From an uncultured Gammaproteobacteria bacterium (GTDB taxonomy: Bacteria > Patescibacteriota > Microgenomatia > Levybacterales > UBA12049): DNA of 64,000 nt. The stretch spans positions 705,016-769,015 of the forward strand of contig CAZFRF010000001.1 of assembly GCA_964521295.1 (NCBI GenBank), given 5' to 3'. The position numbers were made by a program, and so were the translations under genes. Positions 28,465 to 37,599 of this stretch are shown one piece after another (the stretch's first letter is position 1; the number at the start of each line of letters is the position of its first letter). Below the pieces are notes generated by a model. That model did not search any database, had not been told where the DNA came from, and worked only from the letters and a program-made list of their open reading frames with translations.

Positions 28465-28552
28465 TGGCGGAGAAGGTGGGATTCGAACCCACGAAATCTT
28501 GCGATTTGGCGGTTTAGTAAACCGCTACACTAGGCCACTATGTGACTTCTCC
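28465..28552 (-). tRNA. tRNA-Ser(ACT), rare A34 anticodon
   Basis: GGAGAAG/CTTCTCC, GCGGT-TTACTAA-ACCGC, long variable arm, G73, encoded CCA. Confidence 0.9.
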
Positions 28553-28568
28553 AATTGTTGTGTTTGTG

Positions 28569-28653
28569 CGGAGGGTACAGGATTCGAACCTGTGGGCGGC
28601 TATTCACCGCCACGGCTTAGCAAGCCGCTCTATTACCACTCTAGCAACCCTCC
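28569..28653 (-). tRNA. tRNA-Ser(GCT)
   Basis: GGAGGGT/ACCCTCC, GCGGC-TTGCTAA-GCCGT, long variable arm. Confidence 0.95.
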
Positions 28654-28693
28654 TTGTGTGAATTATACCAATCTAAGCTCTTGGGCTCAACCT

Positions 28694-29254
28694 TTAAGTA
28701 GTGTATTCGTAGATTTTGCCAGGGATGTTTTCATAGGAGCACATCTCCTCAATCGTTAAATGTTCAAAGAATCTACGCATTGGTCTGATTGAATTTCCAT
28801 GAGCAGACATAAAGATAATATCGTTTTCTTTCCATTTGGGCATTTCCTCTTCTAAAAATTCTAAAACTCTTTTTTCAACATCTTTAATACTTTCTCCATT
28901 GGGTGGGGGAACATCATAGCTTCGATGCCATAATTTATAATCTTCTGGATCAATTGCTTCTAATTCATCCTTATTTAGTCCAGTTAAATCTCCATAATCT
29001 CTTTCTCTGATTCTTGGATCCGTTACGATTTCTATATTTGAGTTATGTCCAGACAGGACTATATCTAAGGTGTGTTGTGAGCGTATTTGATTTGATTGAT
29101 AGGCTATCGTGACTAGTTCGTTTCTTAATTTTTCTCTAATTCCTTCGGCTTCTTTTATTCCAGCTTGGGTTAAATCAGCGTCGTGGACGCCTGAAAAATC
29201 ATGTTTAAGATTGTCTGTAGTTTGTCCGTGTCTAAAAATATAGAGTTTAGCCAT
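28694..29254 (-). CDS. gpmA: Histidine phosphatase family, 2,3-BPG-dependent phosphoglycerate mutase-like
   Basis: RHGQT, ERDYGDLTGLNK, RSYDVPPPNGES, AHGNSIR. Confidence 0.8.
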   Translation of the reverse strand: MAKLYIFRHGQTTDNLKHDFSGVHDADLTQAGIKEAEGIREKLRNELVTIAYQSNQIRSQHTLDIVLSGHNSNIEIVTDPRIRERDYGDLTGLNKDELEAIDPEDYKLWHRSYDVPPPNGESIKDVEKRVLEFLEEEMPKWKENDIIFMSAHGNSIRPMRRFFEHLTIEEMCSYENIPGKIYEYTT

Positions 29255-29310
29255 ATATTTACTTATTACAATTTAACACTTACTATTTAATTAATAAATA
29301 GGTAAATAGG

Positions 29311-29919
29311 ATGGGAATTTTAGATTTTATTTTTCCCAAAAGGTGTATTAATTGTCAAAAGATAGGGGAGTATGTCTGTTCTGGTTGTTTTGTCTTTTTA
29401 TCTTTTGATACTAAATCTCAATGCTTAGTTTGTAGAAGACAAAGTTTAAATAATTTAACTCATAAAGCTTGCTTAAAGAAAGACAAAATAGACGGATATT
29501 TTAGTGGAATTGCTCCAAATAGATTAAGCTATAAATTACTTTCTCGATTTAAGTCAAAACCATATCTAAGTGATTTGGCTGATTTTTTAAGTGAACTTTT
29601 TTATGAGAGCTTAATTCAAAATGAAAATTTCATGAATTTAATTGAAAAAGATAAATTTGCAATGTCTTCTGTTTCGCTTAATAGCTCAAAGCTTAAAAAA
29701 CGTGGGTATAACCAAGCAACGTTACTCGCTAAAAAACTGAGTAAAAAATTAAATATTCCTTTTGTAGAATTATCTCAAAAAGCTAAAATTAGAGGTAATA
29801 ATATTTTAATTGTTGATGATATTGTTAAAACTGGATCTACTTTAAAAGCTATAGCGTTTGTCTTGAAACAAAGTGGAGCAAGAAAAGTGTTTGGTTTAAC
29901 TTTAATTGGGATAAAATAA
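29311..29919 (+). CDS. comF: ComF family protein (zinc ribbon + PRTase)
   Basis: FPKRCINC...CSGC, RGYNQA, IVDDIVKTGST. Confidence 0.85.
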   Translation: MGILDFIFPKRCINCQKIGEYVCSGCFVFLSFDTKSQCLVCRRQSLNNLTHKACLKKDKIDGYFSGIAPNRLSYKLLSRFKSKPYLSDLADFLSELFYESLIQNENFMNLIEKDKFAMSSVSLNSSKLKKRGYNQATLLAKKLSKKLNIPFVELSQKAKIRGNNILIVDDIVKTGSTLKAIAFVLKQSGARKVFGLTLIGIK

Positions 29920-29943
29920 AAACCGCCTTGCGGCGGTTTATTT
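29920..29943. terminator. Hairpin terminator between convergent comF and tmRNA
   Basis: AAACCGCC-TTGC-GGCGGTTT flanked by A and T runs. Confidence 0.8.
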
Positions 29944-29944
29944 G

Positions 29945-30306
29945 TGGAGATGTCCGAGAGTGACTCGGAGTCCAAGAAAGTTTTTTAAAAAATTCTACAA
30001 GCTTAGTTTATTATTTTTTTGATTACTTTACCCGTTAGTAATAAACAACTGTAAGTAAAGCCAAGGTTATAAATTCGAATAAGGTTCTAACCAGTTTCCT
30101 TATTTATTCTTAGGCTAAGTTTGTGCCTAAAATGTCTCACCTAAGAAAAACATTAAAGACAGCTTACTTAAGCGTATAAAGGCTGTGCGTAAGCATAAGC
30201 TGGAGTTTGAGCTCTAGCATTTATTTTTTGACCTGAGTTTACGGCATTAGGTCTTGCCGGCTTGCAGTTTTTAAAGTGCGAATCTTGTCGATGCAATTGC
30301 ATCCCC
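29945..30306 (-). ncRNA. ssrA: tmRNA
   Basis: 5' GGGGATG pairs with 3' CATCTCC-A (G3-U70); tag frame 30218-30168 after ATAAAT encodes ARAQTPAYAYAQPLYA*; next to smpB. Confidence 0.93.
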
Positions 30307-30345
30307 GTGAATAAATATTACCATTTTTAGCTTCAAAAGTCAAGT

Positions 30346-30780
30346 TTATGAAGCTAATTCTTGCTCTAAGTTGCGCTCAATATCTTTCTTTTTAATACTT
30401 TGTCTCTTATCAAATTGCTTTTTGCCCTTTCCTAAAGCAATTTCAAGTTTTACAAAACCATTTTTAAGATACATACTAACTGGAACTAGTGTTAAATTTG
30501 CCCCCTCCACTCTTGATTTAAGGGTAATAATTTCTTTTTTGTGAAGCAAAAGCTTTCTTGTTCTGTGCTCGTCGTAGCCTTCGACCTGGCCTGGTTGGTA
30601 AGGGAATATTTTTGCATTAACCAAGTATGCTTCAGAACCAATAATTCTGACAAAGCTACTTGATAAATCTGCTTTACCAAGTCTAATAGATTTAACTTCA
30701 TGGCCATACAAATTAATTCCGGCTTCAAAGCGGTCGGTTAATTCGTAATTAAAAAAAGCCTTTTTATTGCTGATTTTCAT
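30346..30780 (-). CDS. smpB: SsrA-binding protein SmpB
   Basis: NKKAFFNY, EAGINLYGHEVKSIR, RKLLLHKKEI, GKGKKQFDKR. Confidence 0.97.
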   Translation of the reverse strand: MKISNKKAFFNYELTDRFEAGINLYGHEVKSIRLGKADLSSSFVRIIGSEAYLVNAKIFPYQPGQVEGYDEHRTRKLLLHKKEIITLKSRVEGANLTLVPVSMYLKNGFVKLEIALGKGKKQFDKRQSIKKKDIERNLEQELAS

Positions 30781-30838
30781 GTCCTCATCATAAAACAAAT
30801 CACTTTAAATGTAAATTAAAGGTGATATAATTCTTCGA

Positions 30839-31426
30839 ATGAGAAGAATTGAAGCTAAGTCAAGGTTTATTTCAGCAGTGAAAAGGCATCAAGCCGCTCT
30901 TGAGGCAGCTGTTACTTCGGTACAGACTGAGCCTGCTATGTTAAGAGTTGATCCGGCAGTTGAGGAAGCTAGGCTGCGTTCTTTATTTTTCCTAAACACT
31001 AGTGGGATTCCAGAATTAATGGATAGGTTTACTGAGTTGGTTGATGGCCAAGTTGCTAGAGGGAGAGAGTGTTTGACTAGAATGCCCGTTATTGAAGAAG
31101 ATAAGGATGATGTTAGAGAAGCGGTTGAATTGAATTGGCCAGTTTCAGATACCAGCTCATTGCTTATTGCCCTATGGAACCCTGAAGGAGAAGAGGAATA
31201 TTTTGATTCCAATGCGATTATTGTTGAGGCAATGTCTCAGGGCGGAATAATAATCCATGGAGATGAACAATTTGGTACAACCTTTTTAGATTATGATCAG
31301 TGGAGAAAAAAACCTATCTTGATAGAAAAAGCATTAGAAAGAGCCTATCATGTTCCTAGGGTAATTAGCTGCGGGAAAGAAGAAGGTCAAGTATTCGTAT
31401 ACGGTAATTCTGGCTCTAAAGATTAA
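30839..31426 (+). CDS. Hypothetical protein
   Basis: 195 aa ORF, TATAAT 7 nt before ATG. Confidence 0.7.
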   Translation: MRRIEAKSRFISAVKRHQAALEAAVTSVQTEPAMLRVDPAVEEARLRSLFFLNTSGIPELMDRFTELVDGQVARGRECLTRMPVIEEDKDDVREAVELNWPVSDTSSLLIALWNPEGEEEYFDSNAIIVEAMSQGGIIIHGDEQFGTTFLDYDQWRKKPILIEKALERAYHVPRVISCGKEEGQVFVYGNSGSKD

Positions 31427-33233
31427 TTTTGTAGATTTTTCCAGAGGATAATACGTAAGCTATTTTACCAGCCTCATCAATATCAAAATCTACGGCTCCT
31501 TTTATGATACTTGCAACAATCTCACCTTTAAAGCTACCTGTTTTATCCAATTTTACAATTCTTGAGTTACCCAAATCCAAGACATAAAGATAATCAAAGT
31601 CAGGAGTTGAGTAAATTTTTGTCGGATTTACTAATTCTTTATTTAATCCTTTAACGCTAAAGTCAACGCTATTGCCTTTGAAATATTTATCAATGCTTCC
31701 ATCGGAGTAGAGAACATAGATATTATTATCAATGGTTGCGCTAACAGCTTTTGCAAAATCTGCTTTTACATTAGCGGTTAAGTAGTCAGACTTTGTGTAT
31801 GCTGCACCATTATTTAGGAATTTATAGATTTGATTATCGCTTTTATCTAAGACATACATATTTGTATTGTATGTCGCTAGTCCGCCAACCTTTGTCCAAT
31901 CATCGTCATTTTTGATAATCTCACTAGTTGAGTTAGAGCCATTTTTAACTGAGTAAATTCCTTTGGAGTTAATAAAGTAGGTAAATTTATCGTCTTTTGT
32001 AAACGCAGTTCCGGTTTGAGATTTTACGGTTTCAAGGTATGGACTATCTCCATTTTTGGCGGTTTCAGTAGTTGCTGTTGTTGTTTTTGGAGCTTGACCT
32101 AAGGCTTGGTTAACTTTTGTTAAAAGTTCATTTATTTGTTTTGCTTGATCTGAATCAGCGGGGAATTTATCTTTACCATTTTCTAAGATTTTTTTAGCTT
32201 CTACAAAGCTATCTTGGGCAAGGGATTGGTTAAGATCAGTTAGGCTTTGACCTTCTTCAAACTTTTTCTCCGCTTGAGGATAAACTGTTGAAAAATCTTG
32301 AGTTAGTTTTTGCGTATCTTGTTTTTTAAGTGCAAAGAAAAGGCTAGCGGCAAAAATTAAAATAATTAATACCACAACTAATAAGATCATTTTACGAGTT
32401 TTGGTAAGGCCTTTGGGATTAAGATTACCAAGTTTTGATCCTAAAGAGCCGAAGAAGCCAAAAAAAGAACCTATGATATTGATGCTTGGCTTGGTATTCT
32501 CATATGTATCAAAAGGTTGTTCTGCGTTAACATATTCTGCTGGTTTTTCGACTGGGAGCTCTGATCTCGTTTCATTAATTGCTTCAACTTCTTCCGTCTC
32601 GTCCAATGAAGCGAATAATTGATTTTTGACTGGTTGCGTATATTGAATAAGAATCGCTGCTGCGGTAGGATTTTCTTTTTCATGAACTAAAGGAGCAAGA
32701 TTTTCAGCTGCCTCTGAGATTGCTGGGTTGTCTAGAAACTCGGAGAGAGTAGTGTCTGAAATTGTTTCACTAAAATCTTTAGTTTGCAGAATAATTACGT
32801 CTTCTTCTTGAAGATAGCCTGAAGCTTCTTTTAGAGAATTATTCATTTGATCTTTAACTTCAAGTAAGGTGCCAATTGTTCCAACTCTTTTAATGCTTAC
32901 TTTGCCGTTGCCTAAGATATAGAGGTAGAGAATATTGCCAATAACAGCGCCGATAACAAAAGAAAGATTTACATCGGTTGGGATTTTTTCAGAGGTTGTT
33001 AAGACAGCTTGCCTAATTGATTCAAGATCTTTGGTTTCCAGGGTAAAGAATTCTTGCTCTAAGTTGTTTAGTATTTCTTTACCTAAGATATTTAAATGAT
33101 CTTTTTCTTGATTCTCATCATTTTTTAAAAGTGAAATAGCAGCAAATAATTTTCCAGCACTATAAACTTGAGACCAGCCAGAATTGGTAGGACTAGCTAC
33201 GATTTTTGCAACATGTAAGTTAGAGTCGCTCAT
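31416..33233 (-). CDS. Single-TM protein: degenerate PP2C-like N-domain and beta-propeller-like C-domain
   Basis: N-terminal LYILGNG...SGYLQEEDVIIL pattern, central TM, repeated YVLD-type blades. Confidence 0.6.
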   Translation of the reverse strand: MSDSNLHVAKIVASPTNSGWSQVYSAGKLFAAISLLKNDENQEKDHLNILGKEILNNLEQEFFTLETKDLESIRQAVLTTSEKIPTDVNLSFVIGAVIGNILYLYILGNGKVSIKRVGTIGTLLEVKDQMNNSLKEASGYLQEEDVIILQTKDFSETISDTTLSEFLDNPAISEAAENLAPLVHEKENPTAAAILIQYTQPVKNQLFASLDETEEVEAINETRSELPVEKPAEYVNAEQPFDTYENTKPSINIIGSFFGFFGSLGSKLGNLNPKGLTKTRKMILLVVVLIILIFAASLFFALKKQDTQKLTQDFSTVYPQAEKKFEEGQSLTDLNQSLAQDSFVEAKKILENGKDKFPADSDQAKQINELLTKVNQALGQAPKTTTATTETAKNGDSPYLETVKSQTGTAFTKDDKFTYFINSKGIYSVKNGSNSTSEIIKNDDDWTKVGGLATYNTNMYVLDKSDNQIYKFLNNGAAYTKSDYLTANVKADFAKAVSATIDNNIYVLYSDGSIDKYFKGNSVDFSVKGLNKELVNPTKIYSTPDFDYLYVLDLGNSRIVKLDKTGSFKGEIVASIIKGAVDFDIDEAGKIAYVLSSGKIYKINL

Positions 33234-33240
33234 TTTACGC

Positions 33241-33471
33241 TTATAGTATAACAAGAGCTGTCAAAAAAAGCGAAATGGAAATTATTAATAAGGCTCCTGC
33301 GCTAAAATTTAATATTCTGTCATCGCTTTTATCTTTAATTAGTTTTTCCATTGATAGAGTTTGTTTGTAAACTACTACTAAAAATAAAGTGAATAAAAAG
33401 ACAACAACTAAAAAGAAGATCTTAGCTAATAAAAGCTGTACAGTAGTTCCAAAAATAAATCCTAAATTCAT
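33241..33471 (-). CDS. Small two-TM protein (DUF5657-like)
   Basis: 76 aa, two hydrophobic helices, coupled to the upstream gene. Confidence 0.6.
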   Translation of the reverse strand: MNLGFIFGTTVQLLLAKIFFLVVVFLFTLFLVVVYKQTLSMEKLIKDKSDDRILNFSAGALLIISISLFLTALVIL

Positions 33472-34127
33472 AGATTATTCTCCTGTCCTATTAAATCTTC
33501 GATAATATGAACGGCTTTTCCGGGTTGGGGGATTGCTAAGAATTCAAAATTTTCCATAGTTCCCGCTGTTTGAACATAGACATCTCCGTAATCAAGCAAA
33601 GTTCTTAGGGCTCCCACCTGTTGATAACTAACGTCTTGGACAAGATTTAATTTTGTGGCTGCAAGATTTTTATATATTAAATTAGAAAAATCGATATCAA
33701 TTACTCTTATATTAGTAACCAGAGAAACATTAAAATACCAGGTTATGAAGCTAATATGAATGTAAGTAAAAACTATTAGATAATAAAAAATTACAAAAAA
33801 CAAAACATATCGAAAAGGAAAACCAAATGGTGAGCTGAAGGGATTAATGAATAATGATAATAAAAGAGGAACTGTTAATAAGATAATTGATCCGATTACC
33901 CATTTGATATTAGTAAACAAGGATTTTCGTAAAAAAAGAAGTATTTCTTCATCTTTTTCTTGATTTATGACTCGAATATATTTGGGTTTTTCATGAAAAG
34001 CAGTAAATAAATGCATTCCTCCTTCTGATTCGTGTTTAGTGGTTGTTTCCTCATTAGAACTTAAATAAGTTGGATACTCATTGGGAACAGGTTTTGCTTC
34101 TGATTTGGCTAAAAAAATATCTGGCAT
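33468..34127 (-). CDS. Membrane protein with bacterial PH domain
   Basis: Two TM helices then VTNIRVID...VQDVS...DYGDVYVQTAG. Confidence 0.75.
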   Translation of the reverse strand: MPDIFLAKSEAKPVPNEYPTYLSSNEETTTKHESEGGMHLFTAFHEKPKYIRVINQEKDEEILLFLRKSLFTNIKWVIGSIILLTVPLLLSLFINPFSSPFGFPFRYVLFFVIFYYLIVFTYIHISFITWYFNVSLVTNIRVIDIDFSNLIYKNLAATKLNLVQDVSYQQVGALRTLLDYGDVYVQTAGTMENFEFLAIPQPGKAVHIIEDLIGQENNL

Positions 34128-34130
34128 AAT

Positions 34131-35858
34131 TTATCGTTGCTCTACATTATACAACGGACCAACGATCTGTATATTAGATGGCGCACGTAGGTTGAAGTAA
34201 GTTTTGAAAAAGTCTCCAGAAAAACTTTTTGAACCAGCATCACCATTAATTGTTACATTAGTTGTTTTGCCGCTGCCAAAGTCAGCGCTAACACTTACTG
34301 AAGATACAGAATTAAATGGCGTTTGATTTCGATTCCTAAGCTCAGACTTAACCTTGTCAGCATTCCAAGTTTCTGTTCCAGCGGGATTTGGTTTATCGGG
34401 TTGATATAAATGTTCTTTGGTTGAAGAATCCGCTTGAACTAAGAGCATGACGTTGGCCATGTCGGCAACTTCCTCACTTTTTAGCCAAGCAGTTTTATTG
34501 TAGTCACTTCTGGATCCCCAGTCGCAATAAAACCAAGGGGAGTCTTTATCGTATGCATTGTTATTTAAGTCAGAAAAACTATTAATGCTTCCGCTGGCAT
34601 CTTGAGCATTTTTTGTCCAACCCGTGTCGGACCAGCCAATATCTCCAGATGAATGTACATAGCCACCATGAGTAGAAGAGAACCAGGCTTTAATAGGCGT
34701 TCCTCCTTGAGTCATAACTTTTCCTGCAGTATCATTAACTGCTTGTACCCAAGCATCTGAATTTTGCTCTTGTTTAACTACTTGGCAACTCTGGCTTGGG
34801 CAGATTGAGCCGCTACCGTTATTTGTATATGAAAGAGCATAAGACCTAGCAGCAATTGCCTGTGCTCTCAGGGCTTTAATGTCCCAATTGGTTGGCATCT
34901 CGTAGATGTGTTTAACGTAAGTTTCAATATCCCAGTTAGTATCAAAAGATTGACCGTATTCATTTGAACCCACAACATGGATATTGGTAGATGTACTTAC
35001 GGTGTCAAAAGACACATTGTTGTAATAAGCGCTAAGAATGTCTTCTGCGCTTTGACCGTTTTCAGCTCTTTTTTTAGCTCCGTATTGATTTAAGCCAACT
35101 CTATTTGGGACTCCATAGCTAAAAAAACCTAGAGCAGGACTAAATCCCGGGCTTTTAAAGGGGCTTATGTCCGAAGAGCATCCTCCTTGAGTATTATATG
35201 CATATAAAGGGATATTAAGGCTTGCAAGTCTTTGTGCGAGTAATGACTTTTGAACAGCAGATAGTGATGAGATTTGACTAGATAATTTTGCTTGATAGGC
35301 TTTTGCATCAGTGACTACTTTAGAAAGTTTTTCTTTAACAATAACAATGTTAGCTTTTTCATCCTCTAATACTTTTTTTCGTTGCTCAAGAGTCGTTACG
35401 GAGATAACGATACTAGTAATAATTGCTTTATCTCTGTCAGCTGTAGCTTTTTGGTACCCGAGTATTTGAGTAAGTTCTTGAGCAGATTTTGCAGTAAGTA
35501 AGATGAGGAGTGGGGAATTGTAATAGCTCTTAATATAATAATCCCTAATTGTTTGATTTAATATTTGTTGTTCTCTTTCTAAATTTTTATATCCATCATT
35601 AATACTTTTTTCTTTATTAGCAACATCTCTTTCAATAAAATTAACCCTTTGGCTAATTGCATTTACCTGGTCTTCTAGGGGCTTTGTTGCTTTTTCAGAT
35701 TCATTTTTAGCTTGATTTAGAGTATCAAGGCAGGTATTGATTTGATCAAGACTAAGTGAGCTTGGATTAGTACAGTCTGGAGTTTGCGCATTAGATAAAT
35801 GAACAGATACAAGTAAGATAGCAATACTAAGAATGATTATGGAGAATATTTTTTTCAC
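34131..35858 (-). CDS. Exported coiled-coil + SpoIID/LytB peptidoglycan hydrolase
   Basis: VGLNQYGA, EMPTNW..ALRAQAIAARSYAL, CQV, WFSSTHGG; GTG 35858 is 7 nt after TATAAT. Confidence 0.85.
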   Translation of the reverse strand: MKKIFSIIILSIAILLVSVHLSNAQTPDCTNPSSLSLDQINTCLDTLNQAKNESEKATKPLEDQVNAISQRVNFIERDVANKEKSINDGYKNLEREQQILNQTIRDYYIKSYYNSPLLILLTAKSAQELTQILGYQKATADRDKAIITSIVISVTTLEQRKKVLEDEKANIVIVKEKLSKVVTDAKAYQAKLSSQISSLSAVQKSLLAQRLASLNIPLYAYNTQGGCSSDISPFKSPGFSPALGFFSYGVPNRVGLNQYGAKKRAENGQSAEDILSAYYNNVSFDTVSTSTNIHVVGSNEYGQSFDTNWDIETYVKHIYEMPTNWDIKALRAQAIAARSYALSYTNNGSGSICPSQSCQVVKQEQNSDAWVQAVNDTAGKVMTQGGTPIKAWFSSTHGGYVHSSGDIGWSDTGWTKNAQDASGSINSFSDLNNNAYDKDSPWFYCDWGSRSDYNKTAWLKSEEVADMANVMLLVQADSSTKEHLYQPDKPNPAGTETWNADKVKSELRNRNQTPFNSVSSVSVSADFGSGKTTNVTINGDAGSKSFSGDFFKTYFNLRAPSNIQIVGPLYNVEQR

Positions 35859-35936
35859 TAATTTCATTATAGCAAATTGAAGCTAATTTAATAATTGAAA
35901 ATATATTTTCGTTGTGTTACTCTTGGTTACGCAAAC

Positions 35937-36539
35937 ATGGAAGAAAATCAATTTGAAGCCTCTCCACAATTTGCATCTGCCCCAAAGAAGAAGATTAATA
36001 AAAGATTTATCTATCTTCTAGCTGCATTTGGTTTTATTGTAATAGCGATTATTGGCTATAAATTAATTGGTGGTTCAGCAAAGTCAGATAATTTTCCTCA
36101 AGAACCTGTATCATTAACCCCAACTCTCGGTGAAGCTCCTACAGATACCCCAACTCCAACTATTGAAGAAACCCCAACAACTGCTCCTACTGGTGAGCCA
36201 ACAGATACCCCAACTCCTAAAGTTACATCTGCTCCAGTTGATAACGCTTCTGGTCTTGATAGGAGCGATTTAACTATTACCGTTCAAAACGGGAGCGGAG
36301 AAGCAGGAGTAGCAGGGACTGCAAAAGATTTTTTAACGGAACTAGGTTATACAGTATCTTCAACTGCAAATGCTGATAATTATGATTATGTAAATGTATC
36401 AATAAGAATTAAAAAATCTTCCCAAGAATTTTTATCTTTGCTTAAAAAAGATTTAAATACTAAATATACAGTTGGAGATACGGCTACTGATTTGGAAGAT
36501 AGCAATTCTTCAGATGCATTGGTTATAATAGGTAAATAA
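35937..36539 (+). CDS. LytR C-terminal domain membrane protein
   Basis: TM, Pro/Thr linker, VQNGSGEAGVA...ALVIIGK. Confidence 0.8.
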   Translation: MEENQFEASPQFASAPKKKINKRFIYLLAAFGFIVIAIIGYKLIGGSAKSDNFPQEPVSLTPTLGEAPTDTPTPTIEETPTTAPTGEPTDTPTPKVTSAPVDNASGLDRSDLTITVQNGSGEAGVAGTAKDFLTELGYTVSSTANADNYDYVNVSIRIKKSSQEFLSLLKKDLNTKYTVGDTATDLEDSNSSDALVIIGK

Positions 36540-36979
36540 TGAAAGTTTATCTTGCATCAGACCACGCAGGATTTAAATTAAAAAATAAAGTTTTAGATTA
36601 TTTGAAATACAATAATATCTCCTTTGAAGACTGTGGTGATTTTAATCCAGAACCGGGCGATGATTACCCTTTGTTTATAGCTAAAGCAGCTGAGAAGGTG
36701 TCTCAGAGTAAAGATGCAAAAGGAATTGTTTTTGGAAAATCAGGAGCTGGAGAAGAGATTGTGGCAAACAAATTTCCAAACGTAAGAGCAGTGCTAGGGT
36801 TTAGTAAGGAAAACGTTAGGCTTGCCAGGGAAGATAATGATGCAAATGTTTTGTCTTTAGGGAGTGAATTTATAAGCGAAGGTGAAGCTTTAGAGTTGGT
36901 TGAAATATTTTTAAATACTCCATTTTCAAATCAACAAAGACACATTAGAAGAATTGAGGAAATTAAAGATTTAGAATGA
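36539..36979 (+). CDS. rpiB: Ribose-5-phosphate isomerase B
   Basis: ASDHAGFKLK, DDYP, ANK, NDANVLSLG, RHIRRI. Confidence 0.93.
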   Translation: MKVYLASDHAGFKLKNKVLDYLKYNNISFEDCGDFNPEPGDDYPLFIAKAAEKVSQSKDAKGIVFGKSGAGEEIVANKFPNVRAVLGFSKENVRLAREDNDANVLSLGSEFISEGEALELVEIFLNTPFSNQQRHIRRIEEIKDLE

Positions 36980-37599
36980 TAATTCCTGGAATATTAGAAA
37001 AAGAAGAAGAAGCAATTGCTGAGAAAATAAATCAAGTTAGGCATTTTGCAAAAACTTTACACATAGATTTAATCGATGGAGTATTTTCCCCACAAGCAAC
37101 ATTTCAAGATCCTCAGGCCTTTAGTAAATATAAAGAAGAATTTAATTTAGAAGTTCATTTAATGGTTAATAACCCTCTAGAATATTTAGAGTCTTTTGCG
37201 AATGCTGGATTTAGGCGTTTCATAGGCCATATTGAAATGATGCAAGATTTAGAAGAATTTATTGCAAAAGGGCAAATTTTAGGAGAAGTAGGGCTGGCTT
37301 TAGATTTAGATACAGATTTAAGTAAAATCACTGTTTCATTAGAAGATTTAGATGTAATTTTACTTATGAGTGTGAAAGCCGGAGCATCAGGTCAGGAGTT
37401 TAATAAAAGTGTTCTAGAAAAAATTAAAGCCTTAAGAGAAAAAAGCTTTATACCTATTGAGATCGATGGGGGAATAACTGATGATACTATAGTTTTAGCA
37501 AAAGAAGCTGGCGCGAATAGATTTGTAACTACAAGTTTTCTTTTTTCCCAAAATCCAACTGAAGCATTTGAAAAATTAAATCGAGCTCTTAATTCTTAA
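36976..37599 (+). CDS. rpe: Ribulose-phosphate 3-epimerase
   Basis: HIDLIDG, EVHLMV, MSVKAGASGQ, IEIDGG. Confidence 0.9.
   Translation: MIIPGILEKEEEAIAEKINQVRHFAKTLHIDLIDGVFSPQATFQDPQAFSKYKEEFNLEVHLMVNNPLEYLESFANAGFRRFIGHIEMMQDLEEFIAKGQILGEVGLALDLDTDLSKITVSLEDLDVILLMSVKAGASGQEFNKSVLEKIKALREKSFIPIEIDGGITDDTIVLAKEAGANRFVTTSFLFSQNPTEAFEKLNRALNS

Noticed and set aside
36141-36217. 17 bp direct repeat ACAGATACCCCAACTCC at 60 bp spacing
   Set aside because: Two copies encoding a TDTPTP linker; not a CRISPR array
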